From Candidatus Omnitrophota bacterium (GTDB lineage: Bacteria; Omnitrophota; Gorgyraeia; 2-01-FULL-45-10), in contig JAMWCX010000001.1 of NCBI GenBank assembly GCA_023818895.1, positions 708,258 through 732,676 on the forward strand: a stretch of DNA of 24,419 nt. Reading direction: 5' to 3'. Numbering within the stretch: the first letter of the stretch is position 1; each line of letters starts with the position of its first letter. Made by a program: the position numbers and the translations under genes. This document shows, in pieces, positions 7,200-19,200 of this stretch. The notes beneath the pieces are model-generated. The model saw only the letters and a list, made by a program, of their open reading frames with translations. It did not search any database and was not told the DNA's origin.

Positions 7200-7281
7200 T
7201 GATTGCCTTGGATGGTGTACCCTAGACGAATTTTAAAAAGTACCATTTGATACTTTTATTTTGTTCCGATCGTGCTATCAT

Positions 7282-10200
7282 TTACTTCACCTCGCCTTTT
7301 ACTTCGATCTTCTGGCCGTCGGTTACCATCTTGGCATTTTCGTAATCGACACCCTTTTCGCTGTAATCTGCCACAGCAACTTTGCCTTCCATGACTATGA
7401 CTACAGTCCTGTACTTGCCTTTTGCATATCTCTTCTTGTAGAGATCTTCCCTATCTACGAAGTCAGTGGCGAATGCGATGGAACTCGTCCAGGATAGATT
7501 GGAGAATATGTCAAGCCATGGATTAACAATGTATATTGGATCTACCCACTCTTCCTCATCCTTATCGTCTTGCGGCTTTGTGAACCAGCTGGTATTATTT
7601 GAAGGGTTGATCCACTTCTTGCCTGACTTTACCCAGCCGCCAAGGGAGTTTTCCGGATTGATGTCAACACCGCTTGTGTTGTTGGAATCCTGTACATCCA
7701 CGTTGGCTATGAGGCCGTTCCAGGTTGTGACATTGGGATCGATCTTCCACTGCGTACCGGGCTGGGTGCTGCGCAGGACGAGTTTATTTTCCTGGGTGCC
7801 TTTGAGAGTCAGGACAGAGTCTATGGTCTGGAGTTTATTCGCCTCGAAGTATATGGTCTTCTGTCCGACGGTGTTTGTCATGTCGCAGGTGAACTTCCAG
7901 AAGGTCGTCTCGCCTTCTATAGTCGCGTTATTTATGGTATCGAAGATGACTTCGTTATTATTGTGATCGAAAGCGCCGCCATTGACCATCTTCCAGCCTT
8001 TAGATATAAATATCTTATTATCTGCGGCGTTGACATTGAGAGAGGCCTTGTTATTGATGGTGATACTGCCGTTTATATCTAAGACTTTTGAGTTGAGCTC
8101 GAAGGTCTCACCCTTAGTGGAATCGCCTTTTAATGTTACGTCGCCATTGAAGGTAACGGTGCCTGTTGCGGTAATAACCTTGCCTATATTAAGCTTGTCA
8201 GATGTCAAGGCGATCTCACCTGCGCCGCCTGCCGTAAGATCGATGGTGTCGGCTATGGCCACATTGATGGGATTTGTGGCCTGTCCTATGTGGCCGGCAG
8301 ATGTCATCGTGAGGTTATCGGCTGTTATTGTAGAGGATATGCCATTTGCGTCCAGTATGCTGCCGTTTCTGGCGTCGAGGGTAACGTTATCACCTGATAT
8401 TATCGAGTCAACCTCGATATTGCCTATCATGGAGGTGAGATTAATCCTATCGGTTAGGTTCTCAATGGTGCCTGTGGTGAGGTCTCCTGTCCTTGCACCC
8501 AGTCCTGTGGTGATATTTATGGCCTCGCCTGCTATAGTATTCTTTATAATACCGCTGTTTAAGAGCCACTCATCGAGCTCAAGGGCATTTCCTCTAAGGT
8601 CGAGTGATATCTTCTCGCCTCCGAAGATCTCGTCGTCTATAGTCAGGGCCTGCAGGCGTATCGTTCCGGTAATGTTGAAGAATGGATGGAACTGTGCTGG
8701 ATCCGCTATATGATCGATGAATACAGTGTCGTAGCGCGAGGGCACTATCCATGGATCCCAGTTGCGAGGATCATACCACTCACCAGATACCTCACCTGTC
8801 CAGGTGATATCGTCGAACGACCAACCGTAGTTATTGCCGAGGTCCGTCGAGTGGTGGGCAATGATGTCGCGGATGCCGGCCTGGTCAACATTATTGTTCA
8901 TATCCTGCACAGCCACGTACTCGACCTCGCAGACCGTATACACACGGATCTCCGCCTGATCAGCGCTAAGCGTGGAGTGGACATTTATTGGGTCGCCTTT
9001 CCGGCCTTTCAGGACTATGGTCGTTATGTCCTGGAGCTGGCCGTCTGTATGGTCGAATTCAAGCGTCTTATTGGTAATGCCTCGGCCGGCGGTGTCGCAT
9101 TTTAAGACATTGAATTCGGAGCTTCCAAGTATAGTGGAGTTGGAATTATCATCTCCTATGAACTCGACAGTAGAGCCTTCCCCGTTGAACTCACCGTAGC
9201 ATGTCCAGTCTCCGTCAATAGTCCAGTACGACGGTCCGGCGTTCACCGTGGCATTAGACCCTATCGTGACAGAGCCGCCGATATCGATATCGCTTGAGGC
9301 GTAATCAATGTCAAGAAGCCCGTTTATGATAAGGTCTCCGGTCGAGGTGATGTCGATGGAGCCTGAGCTGGAAGAGGTGTTGCCATTAAGTGTAATAAGA
9401 CTTCCGTTTATTTTTAGAGATGTGCCGGCATCTATGCCGCTTAATGATACATCGGACCCCAATACTGTCGTACTAGCGGCAGATGAGATAGCGCTATCCA
9501 CTTTCACAGGCCTTTGGTAACCGTCAAGCCATACGTAACTTATAAGGCTCGTTACAGTTCCGGTGATGTTAAGTCCATATCCTTCGATAATGACGGCGTC
9601 GTATGCCATTACATCGGAAAGAGTTACAAGTCCTGTTGCGCCTCCCAGTGCCTGGACCGATACAAAACTGCCAGTCGATTCAAGCCTGCCGGTTACAGTA
9701 ACATCATCCGAGGTGCCGATGTAGACGCGCAAGGCGCCAGTCACGGAATCTGCGATTTCGACCTTGCCGGAGGCTTCTATATCTAGGGTATCAGCTGAGC
9801 TTATATATTCGCCGACAGTTACACCGGTATCGGTATAAATATAGACGTAGCCGTCAGAGGAGACATACGAATCAATGCCTACTGCGCCGGCGCAGTATAT
9901 ATCGATATCGCCCGCCGCATCCAGATATCCGCCTACGTCGAGAGAGCCGACGCAGTAAGAGCTGTTTCCTATAATAATGCCGCCGGCGTTTACGTCGATA
10001 TTGCCGGTTACCATAACATCACCGTCGCAATATATCTCCACAAGCGTGCCGGCCCTAAGAGATCCGTACGCTGTCAGATAATCACCGGCTGGCACTCCGG
10101 TTGTATCGATGCAAATATAGCCGAGCGCTGTGGCGGCGTTTGTGTGGTTGCCGAATTCGACAGGTCCCCATGTATAGAGCTCTATATAGGTTCCGGCATC

Positions 10201-13200
10201 GAGTTTATATCCGCTTGCGTCAAAGGAGAGAGGATAGATACCGCTATCATCATCGCCGACTTCGATATACGTACCGGCGGTGATATCGCCATTTACCGTC
10301 ACCGAGCCGGTGCCGTAGAGGCCTACATAGGTGGAGGCCCCCAGCGCGCCGTTTACGGCAGTAGTAGTCGCGGAAGTAAGCGATATGCCGTAATCGTTTG
10401 TTATGCCGACGGTATCTATGGTATCGGCAATCACGACAACATCACCTAACGAGTTATAAAGCGTCCCGTAATTGGCGAAGGCATCCACAACCTCGATGTA
10501 GGCGTTATCGTGGGCAACATCGAGCTCGGCATAGGATGATATCGTCATGCCGCTATTAACATACACGCTCGCCTGAGGAGCATACTTACCTGCCTCTACG
10601 TAATAGAGATAGCCGCCTTCTACTTCGATATCGGCAAATATGTTCGTTATATAATTGAGTTTTGAAGTGTCAACAGCTTGGTTAAGCTCTATGGCCTGCA
10701 GGTCCCAGTTGTTGATAACTTCCTTAAGTGGATTTTCGCTGCGCACAGCCACAGTATTGGCATAAAGGTTTAAACCCATAGATGTGGTCTCTAACGCCTT
10801 CGTAATGGTGGCGGCCTCAGGTGGAATATCGCCTATTGTGGATGCCGAATACACACCGACAACATCGCCGTTTTTAACATCTGATACCATAATCGAGAAA
10901 TGGCCGTTAGGATCGGTGTAGCCCTGGAATAGTGATGGCGTGCCGTTTATGGCTATCACAACAAGGTGTCCTTCACCAAGCGCTGTTGAAGCGTCGATGG
11001 CGGTATAGAAGGTACCGGATATTTCGGTGCCGGTTAATCCGAATACCCAGTTGATATTGTTACCGGAGTCGGTGCCGTTTGTGACAAGAATGTATGCGGG
11101 CGTCTCTCCGAGAGGCCTGACCTGGTCTTTGACATCGGCTCCGTCTATTGAGAATGAACCGGAGCCATACCAGTCGCGCTGTTCGCCATCTACGTCTGAG
11201 CGGATGGTATATCCGGAGCCGGTGAAGTCTATCATTCCGTCGTTATGGACGCCGCCTTCGCCTATGGTGATGGAGCCGCCGGAATTACGCCATGTGCCGC
11301 TTGCGATATTTATGTAATAAGCGTAAAGGGCGCTTCCAGCCTGGTCGAGTGAGCTCGAACCATCGATGTTAAGTTCGCTATCGACAAACATCTCATCGGC
11401 CATGGTGTAAGATGAGCCGTTTTGCAGATAGAGTCCGATGAAATGGTTGTAGTTGGACTGAATAGAGCCGGAGCCTTCGAGATAGGCGTCATCGTTGATC
11501 TGGCCCAGGTTGAAGGTGCCGCCGTCGAGGGTGATGACATTGCCGTTTGTAGTAAGCGTGCCGGCCGAGAAGTCGAGGTCATAGTCGACATAAAGCGGAT
11601 CCTGTAGTGTATAGGCGCCTTCTATCGTAAGGTAGCCGAATGGATCGCTATTGGTAAATATCTCGCTTCCGCCTGTAAGATATACAGTGCCGTCGCCGTG
11701 TGTGAATGTGCCGCCGTTATTGGTCCAGTCGCCTCCGATATGGATCTGGCTTGAACTGTCGAGGACCGTTAGGGCGCCGCTGGACTCTATAAAGAGGCCG
11801 CCATCCACATATAGCCTTCCGCCTGAGATCGTGTATTCGCCCGCTGGATATGGCGGTATATGCGCTATGGTAAGAGAGCCGCAGTAGGCCTCTGCGTCCT
11901 GCTGGGGAAGCACTCCCATCTTCACGCATACATCATCTGTGGAATCGAACTTTTTCAAAAGGTCGCTGTAATTTACTCCTGTATCGCCGCCGTAGTAATT
12001 GTATCCGTACAGGCCGTCCTCGATGATACAGCTTACGCTTGCCAGAGACAAGTTGGAGTTGAAGCTAAGGTCAAGGCTGCCGCCGTCTATCCACACCTGG
12101 ACGCCGTCGGATAGTGTCAATGTGGCGGGATTATCCATACCGGCAGCGCCTATCAGGAGCCTGCCGGTTAACCTTATGTGCTCGCATACCGTCACGTTGG
12201 TCCCCTGACCCTGTATCTCGATGTTAGAGAAGCTCTTGGATTCGTCATATCCTCCGGAGTATATGGCCTGGGCACTGCCGCTATCAAATATAACCCATGA
12301 ATCGCCGGCTATGAAGGCGCCGTCATTCGTCCAGTCGCCGCTTGCGTATATGTCGCCCGCAGGCGCGTAGGTCATACCTGAAGGAATAAGCAGGCCTATG
12401 CCGTCAGTGAAGGAAATGGTATAGCTGGGGCCTGTTCCTGAGACGGAGTAATGCACGTCCGAGTCGGGTGTGTAAGCTGCGGCCAAGTCAACGTTGGAGA
12501 AGTAGCCTCCGATATTGGCGTCGGCATCTCCTATGGAGAATTGGTTGTTCTCTAGAGTGATATTGCTTATAGCGTTGGAATTTTGGGCAATGCCTACCAG
12601 ATTTGCCTTATAACTTGAGCTGTCAGCAAATACCAGTAGCTTATCTGAAGCGTTCAACACCACGTTTTCAAAGCTAAAAGCCCCGCCTGAAGTGGTATTC
12701 ACTACCACAAACCCGCCGCCGTTCAAGGCAAATGCTATCGGTATTCCTGCGCCCTGTTCATTAAACGTTCCGCTTACCGTCACCGCACCCTCTGGCACAT
12801 ACCCTTCCCAGTGCAGGTGAGGATAGGTGGAGGCAAAGGCGTCCCAGATAGGAGTGGTATGGAAGTCCCATCCGGTGTAGTTGGATTCACCGTGCATCTT
12901 GACTTCATTTAAACCATGTACATTGGAAGGATCGACTGTATTCCCCACCCCCCCTTCCTGCGGATCAAGATGAGGATTATGAGTAATGTTCCAATAACTA
13001 TGCCCGGAAAAAGATCCAAGGATATTAGGATACCCTGGGAAATAAACCCCATTATATCCTACTAATCCTCCGGTAGCGCCAGAAGAACCACTTACTGTTC
13101 CAGTAGCATAACAGTTCGTAATAGAAGCGTTATTATAATGCCTGCCGACTAATCCTCCTGCTATATATGTGCTCGTAACATCTCCGGTGGCGTAACAATT

Positions 13201-16200
13201 GCTTATTGAGGAATGGTCGGCTGTTCCCGCTAAACCTCCTGCAAAATAACCAGAGACTGAAACAGAAGCGAAACACTTTTGCATATTGTTATTCCAACCG
13301 TGATAACCAACCAAGCCACCTGCCCAGCTTGCCTGCGTTGTGCTTCCAGTTATACTGCCCCCAGAAACCGAACAGTTTTGTATACTGCAATTGCCGCTAT
13401 TAGCCAGAAGCGCAGCGGCTGTACCCAGATCAGAAGTGATATCCACATTAGTAAGATGAATATTGCTTAAAGTGGCATAATCTGCCTTGCCAAATAATCC
13501 GACCGTATAGTTGGAGATATTCCAATGCATATATAATCCATCAATTGTATAGTCTTGGCCGTTGAAGTTGCCCATGAAGGAAGTGGATGAGGTCCCCACC
13601 GGCTCAAATCCTGCGCCAGAGTTCCAGTTGGTGGTCGGGGTGGCGTCAATATCGTTCTCGAGCTTAAAGTTTGAAGACAGGTAGCACTTCATCGCCTGCA
13701 GGTCATAGACATCGCGAATAAGTTTATAGCCGCTACCGTCGGTTTCATAGCGGTTGAAGGAACCCTGATTGGTCGGGGTGATGGTAAAACTCCTGCCTAC
13801 GGAGAAGGTGTAGGTGGTAGGAGCGCTGCAGGTAAAGCTTCCTGAATTAAGCAGAAAGTCCCTAGTCACTGCCACATTGCCATTCTGGGTAAAGGTCCCC
13901 TCATTGATTAAGTCTTGAGAGGCACTGACATTGCCGCCAGGCGCATAAGTCATGGAGCTAGGCAGCCACAGGTCAATGGAGTTTAAGAAGCTGGCGTTTC
14001 CGCTTGTAACGCTGTAATGGACATTGGAATTGTTGTAATATGCCGCTGCCAGATCGGCATTGGTCAGGGCCTTGGAGATAGCAGCATCAGTATCGCCTAT
14101 GGCGAACCTGCCGTTTTGCAGGGTAAGGCCGGATATAGCCGCACTGCCGTTTGTAACCGCGGCCATATTTGCCTTATAGCTTGCGTCATTGACGAATATG
14201 AGTAATCTGTCCCCGCTTGCCAAAACTACATTAGAGAAGGAGAAGCTACCGTTAGCGTCCGTTGTGTTAACCGTTACAAATCCTGCACCGTTTAAAGATA
14301 GTGCCACTTGTTTATTGGCACCGATCGCAGAACCAGCGGTTCCGCTTACCGTCACCGCGCCCTCTGGCACATACCCTTCCCAGTGCAGGTGCGGGTATGT
14401 TGAGGCAAAGGCGTCCCAGATAGGAGTGGTATGGAAGTCCCATCCGGTGTAGTTGGATTCGCCGCGCATCTGGGAGGTGGTGAGGGGCGTGCCGCCATCG
14501 CTTATAAAGACCCCTGAGGTCTCTATGTCCCAATATGATTGGGTAACGATTTCGCTTGAACCTCCAAGATACCCATAGCGTCGTCCTACGAGGCCGCCGA
14601 TGTTAGGATATGTCGCCGAGCCAGTTATCACGCCGGTCGCATACGCATTGGTGATGTTTGAATGGCCGCCATTGTCGGCGAGCAGGAATCCTGCGATGCC
14701 GCCCACGTTAATTTCGTATCCCGGGCAGGTGCCTGACACGTTAGCTGTCGAATAGCTATCCAGAATCAACGCGGTGCTGAAAACGTTGGCATATTGACAG
14801 CCAACGATGCCGCCGGCATTGACCCGGTTACCATAACCGCTGCCGGAAGCGATGACGCTTCCGGTCGTATAACACCCGCTTATAGTGGAATTTACCGACC
14901 AGTACGCATAGGAATATCCGATAAGGCCGCCGGCATTGGCGCCGCCGGGAAAAGGATTTGTCGCGGCAACAGACACATCCGCGCTCGAATCATATATATT
15001 CGTCCGATAGGCATATCCCACAAGCCCGCCTACATTGGCTGGATTTGCAGTACCCGAAATATCGCCTGCGATATGCACGTTGTCGATTGTAGAGGACTCG
15101 ATGCTGCCTGCAAGGCCTCCCACATTGACGCTGATAGAATAGGAGGTATCTGTCACGGTCATGCCCGTTAGATTTATATTTTTTAAGACGGAGTCTGTCA
15201 CATAACCGAACAGGCCGAGGTTCGCTATATCGTTTTTACTCATGGAAAGCCCGCTGATGATTTTGTTGTTGCCGTCATAGGTTCCAGTGAATTTTGTTGT
15301 TGCATCACCAAGCGGAATGAATCCAGTGCCGCCGTTCCACAACGACGCCGAGGCCGCGCTGAAATCACAATATTGTTTGAAAACGAGGTTGGAGGCAAGA
15401 TAACACTTTATAGCCTGCAGGTCGTAAATGTCGCGGACCATATAGGGGTCGATGCTCGTCCCGCTGCCGCTGAAACGGTTAAAGACACCACCACTGATGA
15501 CAAAGTTCGCTGCCGCGCTGAACGGCAGGGACTCGGGGTCCTTAGGGTCAGGTATCGTAAAGATGCCGCCGGACTGCGCATAACCTCCCAATATCGTGAG
15601 GCCTGCCGCCTGCGTAACGGAACCATTCGTAAGCGTGAAATTGTTGCCGACCGTCATTGCGTCGTCTATGGTCCAGGCGCCGCTGCCGGTCGGGCTATTG
15701 AAAACCACATTGTAGAACGGATCGCCCGCGCTCACGACCGTCTTGCCTGCCGCATCCGCATTAAAGGTAACCGTTCCGGTGCCGCAGTTGAATATACCGC
15801 TGGCTGTATTCGTAAAATCACCCGCAATATACGCATAGGCGCTAGAACCGCCCAAGGTCAACCCAGAAACGGCCCCTCCGACGCCGAGAGAGACGTTATT
15901 AAAATATATGCTTCCGGATGTTATTGAGATGGTGTCGCCCGTTCCTGCAAGGACCACATCTGGCACATAATCGAAGATGCCTCCGAAATACACAGTTTTT
16001 CCGTTGTATGTTATGGGATTGCCTTTGAATTGCGAACGCGGCGAGCCCGATCCCAGCAGAAGCGCCTGATTGGCGTCACTCTCAATGATGAAAGATCCGT
16101 TATTGGTAACATCCTTGGAAAATCCGAATCTCGATGCGGCTGACGAAGCGTCGAGATACAGTATCGCGCCGTCATTGATTAGGGTCGTCCCTATCACTCG

Positions 16201-19200
16201 AACCCATTTCGAGTTTGTATCGAGAACGCCGCTCGTGCCTTCCCCTATGATGAGGTTTCCATTCATATACAGGTGGTTGGTAACGGGGCTTACAATTGCT
16301 CCATCCTTAATAGTGACATTATAAAAATCCTTGGCGGTCCCAGTCCCACCCGTATCGATGGTCTGCGGGCTGGTTCCGGCAAAGACAAAGGTCCCGCCTG
16401 TCGAGGTGAGCGTGCCGCCGAGATTTGTATAGTTGCCGGTAAGGGTGATAGTATTAGCTCCTGTAATAAGTGACGACGTGGAGCTCGACGCATTTATGGT
16501 GAGGTTATTGACCGCTACCGCAGTATCTACCGTGCACGCTCCGAAAGCGCCTGAGGCATACCCGATGGCAGCGTTGTCATACTGACCCGGCACGACGCCT
16601 GAAGACCAGTTAGCGGCGTTCGTCCACACGCCTGTGCCCGTATATGTAATATCGCCAAAGGCCCAATGTTCATTATTGCCAAGGTTTTGGCTATTGGATG
16701 CTGGGATATCATATGAGGCGTTGGTGTTATGGGAATCTTTCACCGATACATAGGCAATCGAGCTGCTCGAAACGCTGATATTCGCGCCTACACCATTCAC
16801 CAAAGAGCGTATGTTAACGAGGCTGCCGGGTGCGCCTGTTATCGCAAGTTCGGCTATCGTCTGAATGCCGTTGGCATCGAACTCCAGCGTCTTGCCGGGC
16901 GTATCGCATGTCAACACGTTAAATTCGGTCGAGCCGAGTATGCGGCTTGTGCCTGGCCCATTAAACTCCACGGTGCCCGCGCCCGCAACGAAGGAGCCGC
17001 CGTTATTAATCCAGTCGCCTGCGACATAGATATTGTTTATGCCGGCCGCGAGGTTCGATCCCGATTTAAGGTTCAGGTCACCGTTCACTGTCAATGAGTC
17101 ATTGAGCGTCCAGCTGGCGCCATCGTTGAAGTTGACCTCTCCGGCCACAACGGACTCACCGCTAACATTGACCGGCGCGTTGAAGTTGACGGCGCCTGCG
17201 CTCGTCACGGTAAGGCTGCCCAGTAAGGCCGGTGGTACGTCTCTTTCGCTGAACCCCACAGAATATGTATAAACAGGATAACTGCCAAGGTCCAGATAAT
17301 TCCATTGGTATGAGAAGGGCTCGTACTTATATATCACGCCGTTGGCGGGAGCATACCCTTCGCCGCCGGGGCCGACGGCAATATTTCCGCTCACATTGAA
17401 TGGAGCAGCTATCGACTCCCACATCCCATAACCGATGTCATACCTCTTTATAGCTTCATAACCGCCGTAATCATATCCAACCGCATAAATACTGCTGCCG
17501 CCCGCACCCCCGTAATAAGTATAATAAAAGCCGGCATCAGGCGGATAATCAAGCCAATATCCGTAATACGGATCATATATCTTCAGCGCGTTGCTTCCGT
17601 CTGATGGATAGCCGCCAGCGCCCACTATCCCGTTATTGGCAGCGATACAATAAATGTCAAAATTCATAACGGGTGGCGCATAATAATATTGCCAGCCGCC
17701 GAGCGGATCGAACCTGTGGATCAAATAACCATTGGCTACATAAAATGTTCCGTCACTATCCGCGGCGCCTCGCCAGGCCTCGCCATAATTGTAATCGTAG
17801 TACAGATTTTGCCAGCCGTTTCCGTCATTCCGGTATACACAATAGTTGCCGAGATAGTTGCTCCAGCCCCATGCATACACGACGCCGTTAGCGGCCGCAA
17901 TACCATAGATATAATTCATATAGACCAAGCCGTCGGTCGGGACACCCAAAGATATCCATTCACCGTTAAAGTACTTCCAGACAGTACCAAGGTCGCTAAT
18001 ATAGAACTCGGTCGTAAGCCCTCCTATATTGCCTATCCGTCCCATAAACGTCACAACACCGCTTCCTGCTTCTAATATGAGCGATTGATTGCCGAAGGCA
18101 TCCAGCGACTCGCTGAAAAGGATTGAGCCGTTTGCGCCGCTTGTGTTGATAGTGATGCTGTTACCGAGCTCTACAGGGCCATAGAAGTTAACCGGACCAT
18201 CCACCGTTATGTTTCTGTAGAGCAGAATATTATTGGACCCGAATATATCAAGACCAGTAGGATCGCTTGCGCCGTCGCCGACCTGATAGAGGGTAATGTT
18301 CGCTCCGTCCAGCGTAAGATAATGAGAACCTATAATGACGTTAGCCGGGCCAAAGGTTATATCCTTAGGCGAGGATCCGCCGTCGTTGGCGGTTATCGAG
18401 ATGTCATCGTTGATCTCGATGCTTCCCACGCCTGTAAAATTTAGGCCTTTATCCGTTAAAACGGGTCCGAATAGGTGCAGGTTTCCTCCGGAGAGGCTCA
18501 GCGTGTCTACGTCGACTGACTGTAAGCTAATGCCGGCGCTGCCAGCGTCCAGCGCTAACTCATAGTCGCCGCTCACCGGGGCATTGATATCTATCGCTCC
18601 GTCGTTTGAGGCCAAGGACGCGTTCTGGTCAAGATAGCATGCCGCGGCATTGACGCTGATACTGCCTGCTAAGGCATTATTGGCGATGGTCCCCGGATAT
18701 ATATTCATGGCATTCAGAACGATATCACCGCTGTAATTTGTGATGAGCCCATGATTGATAATGTCGTTACCTGCTGAAATACCATTAGCGTTGACATCCA
18801 GCGCGCCAGACGTTATCGCAAGGTCATTACCGACATCGATGGGCTCCTGCAGAACGACGCTTCCGGAATCCTTGTCTATAACAACATCGTATATGCTCGC
18901 GTCTCCGGTCGATACATGCTGAGTGCCGGTGCCGTCGAATGTGACCGTTGCGGCGCTCGTGAAGATATCTGTGTTGACGAAGTCACCAGCTATGGTGATG
19001 TTATTCATGCCGGCATGCAGCGCGCCCTCATCTATAGCGAGTGTGCCGTTCACGTCTAGGTCGCTTTCCATTGTCCAGACGCCGCCTGCGCCGTTTACCG
19101 TAACGTTATTGAACTCGGTAGTGGGCGCGTATATCGTCTTGCCGGCCTCACTACCGTTAAAGGTTACCATGCCGGAGGTGTTCAGCGTCCCGTTGACGGT

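Noticed and set aside
6783-7236. Plus-strand ORFs in the spacer (6783..6977, 64 aa; 7039..7236, 65 aa)
   Set aside because: I saw no RBS. The sequences look implausible (Cys/Arg-rich, or AT-driven Phe/Ile/Leu-rich). They overlap the minus-strand leader hairpins, promoter and terminator, which explain the region better.
7222-7281. 19-codon minus-strand ORF (MIARSEQNKSIKWYFLKFV) starting at the ATG that abuts the gene A stop (TAAATG)
   Set aside because: It is very short, has no hydrophobic or otherwise distinctive character, and has no independent support. It is too small to be proposed as an immunity or partner protein on sequence alone.
6784-7284. Genes A and B as one ORF split by a sequencing error or joined by read-through (both use the same frame and the spacer is 498 bp = 166 codons)
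   Set aside because: The spacer frame contains additional stops, for example TAG at 6909-6907. It is AT-rich and non-protein-like, and it carries promoter and terminator signals. Gene B also begins with its own signal peptide and TPS domain.
7285-7581. Gene A as a CDI/polymorphic-toxin protein with a C-terminal toxin
   Set aside because: There is no VENN or other pre-toxin demarcation motif that I recognise, and the tail is only ~99 aa. No small immunity-type ORF follows, because the downstream 498 bp are non-coding.
12767-14471. Diversity-generating retroelement (TR/VR pair) as an explanation for the 133-bp near-identical repeats
   Set aside because: The seven differences are not adenine-specific. 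On the plus strand they are A/G, A/C, A/G, G/T, G/T, A/G and T/C. Six are synonymous, and no reverse transcriptase or accessory gene is present in the window.
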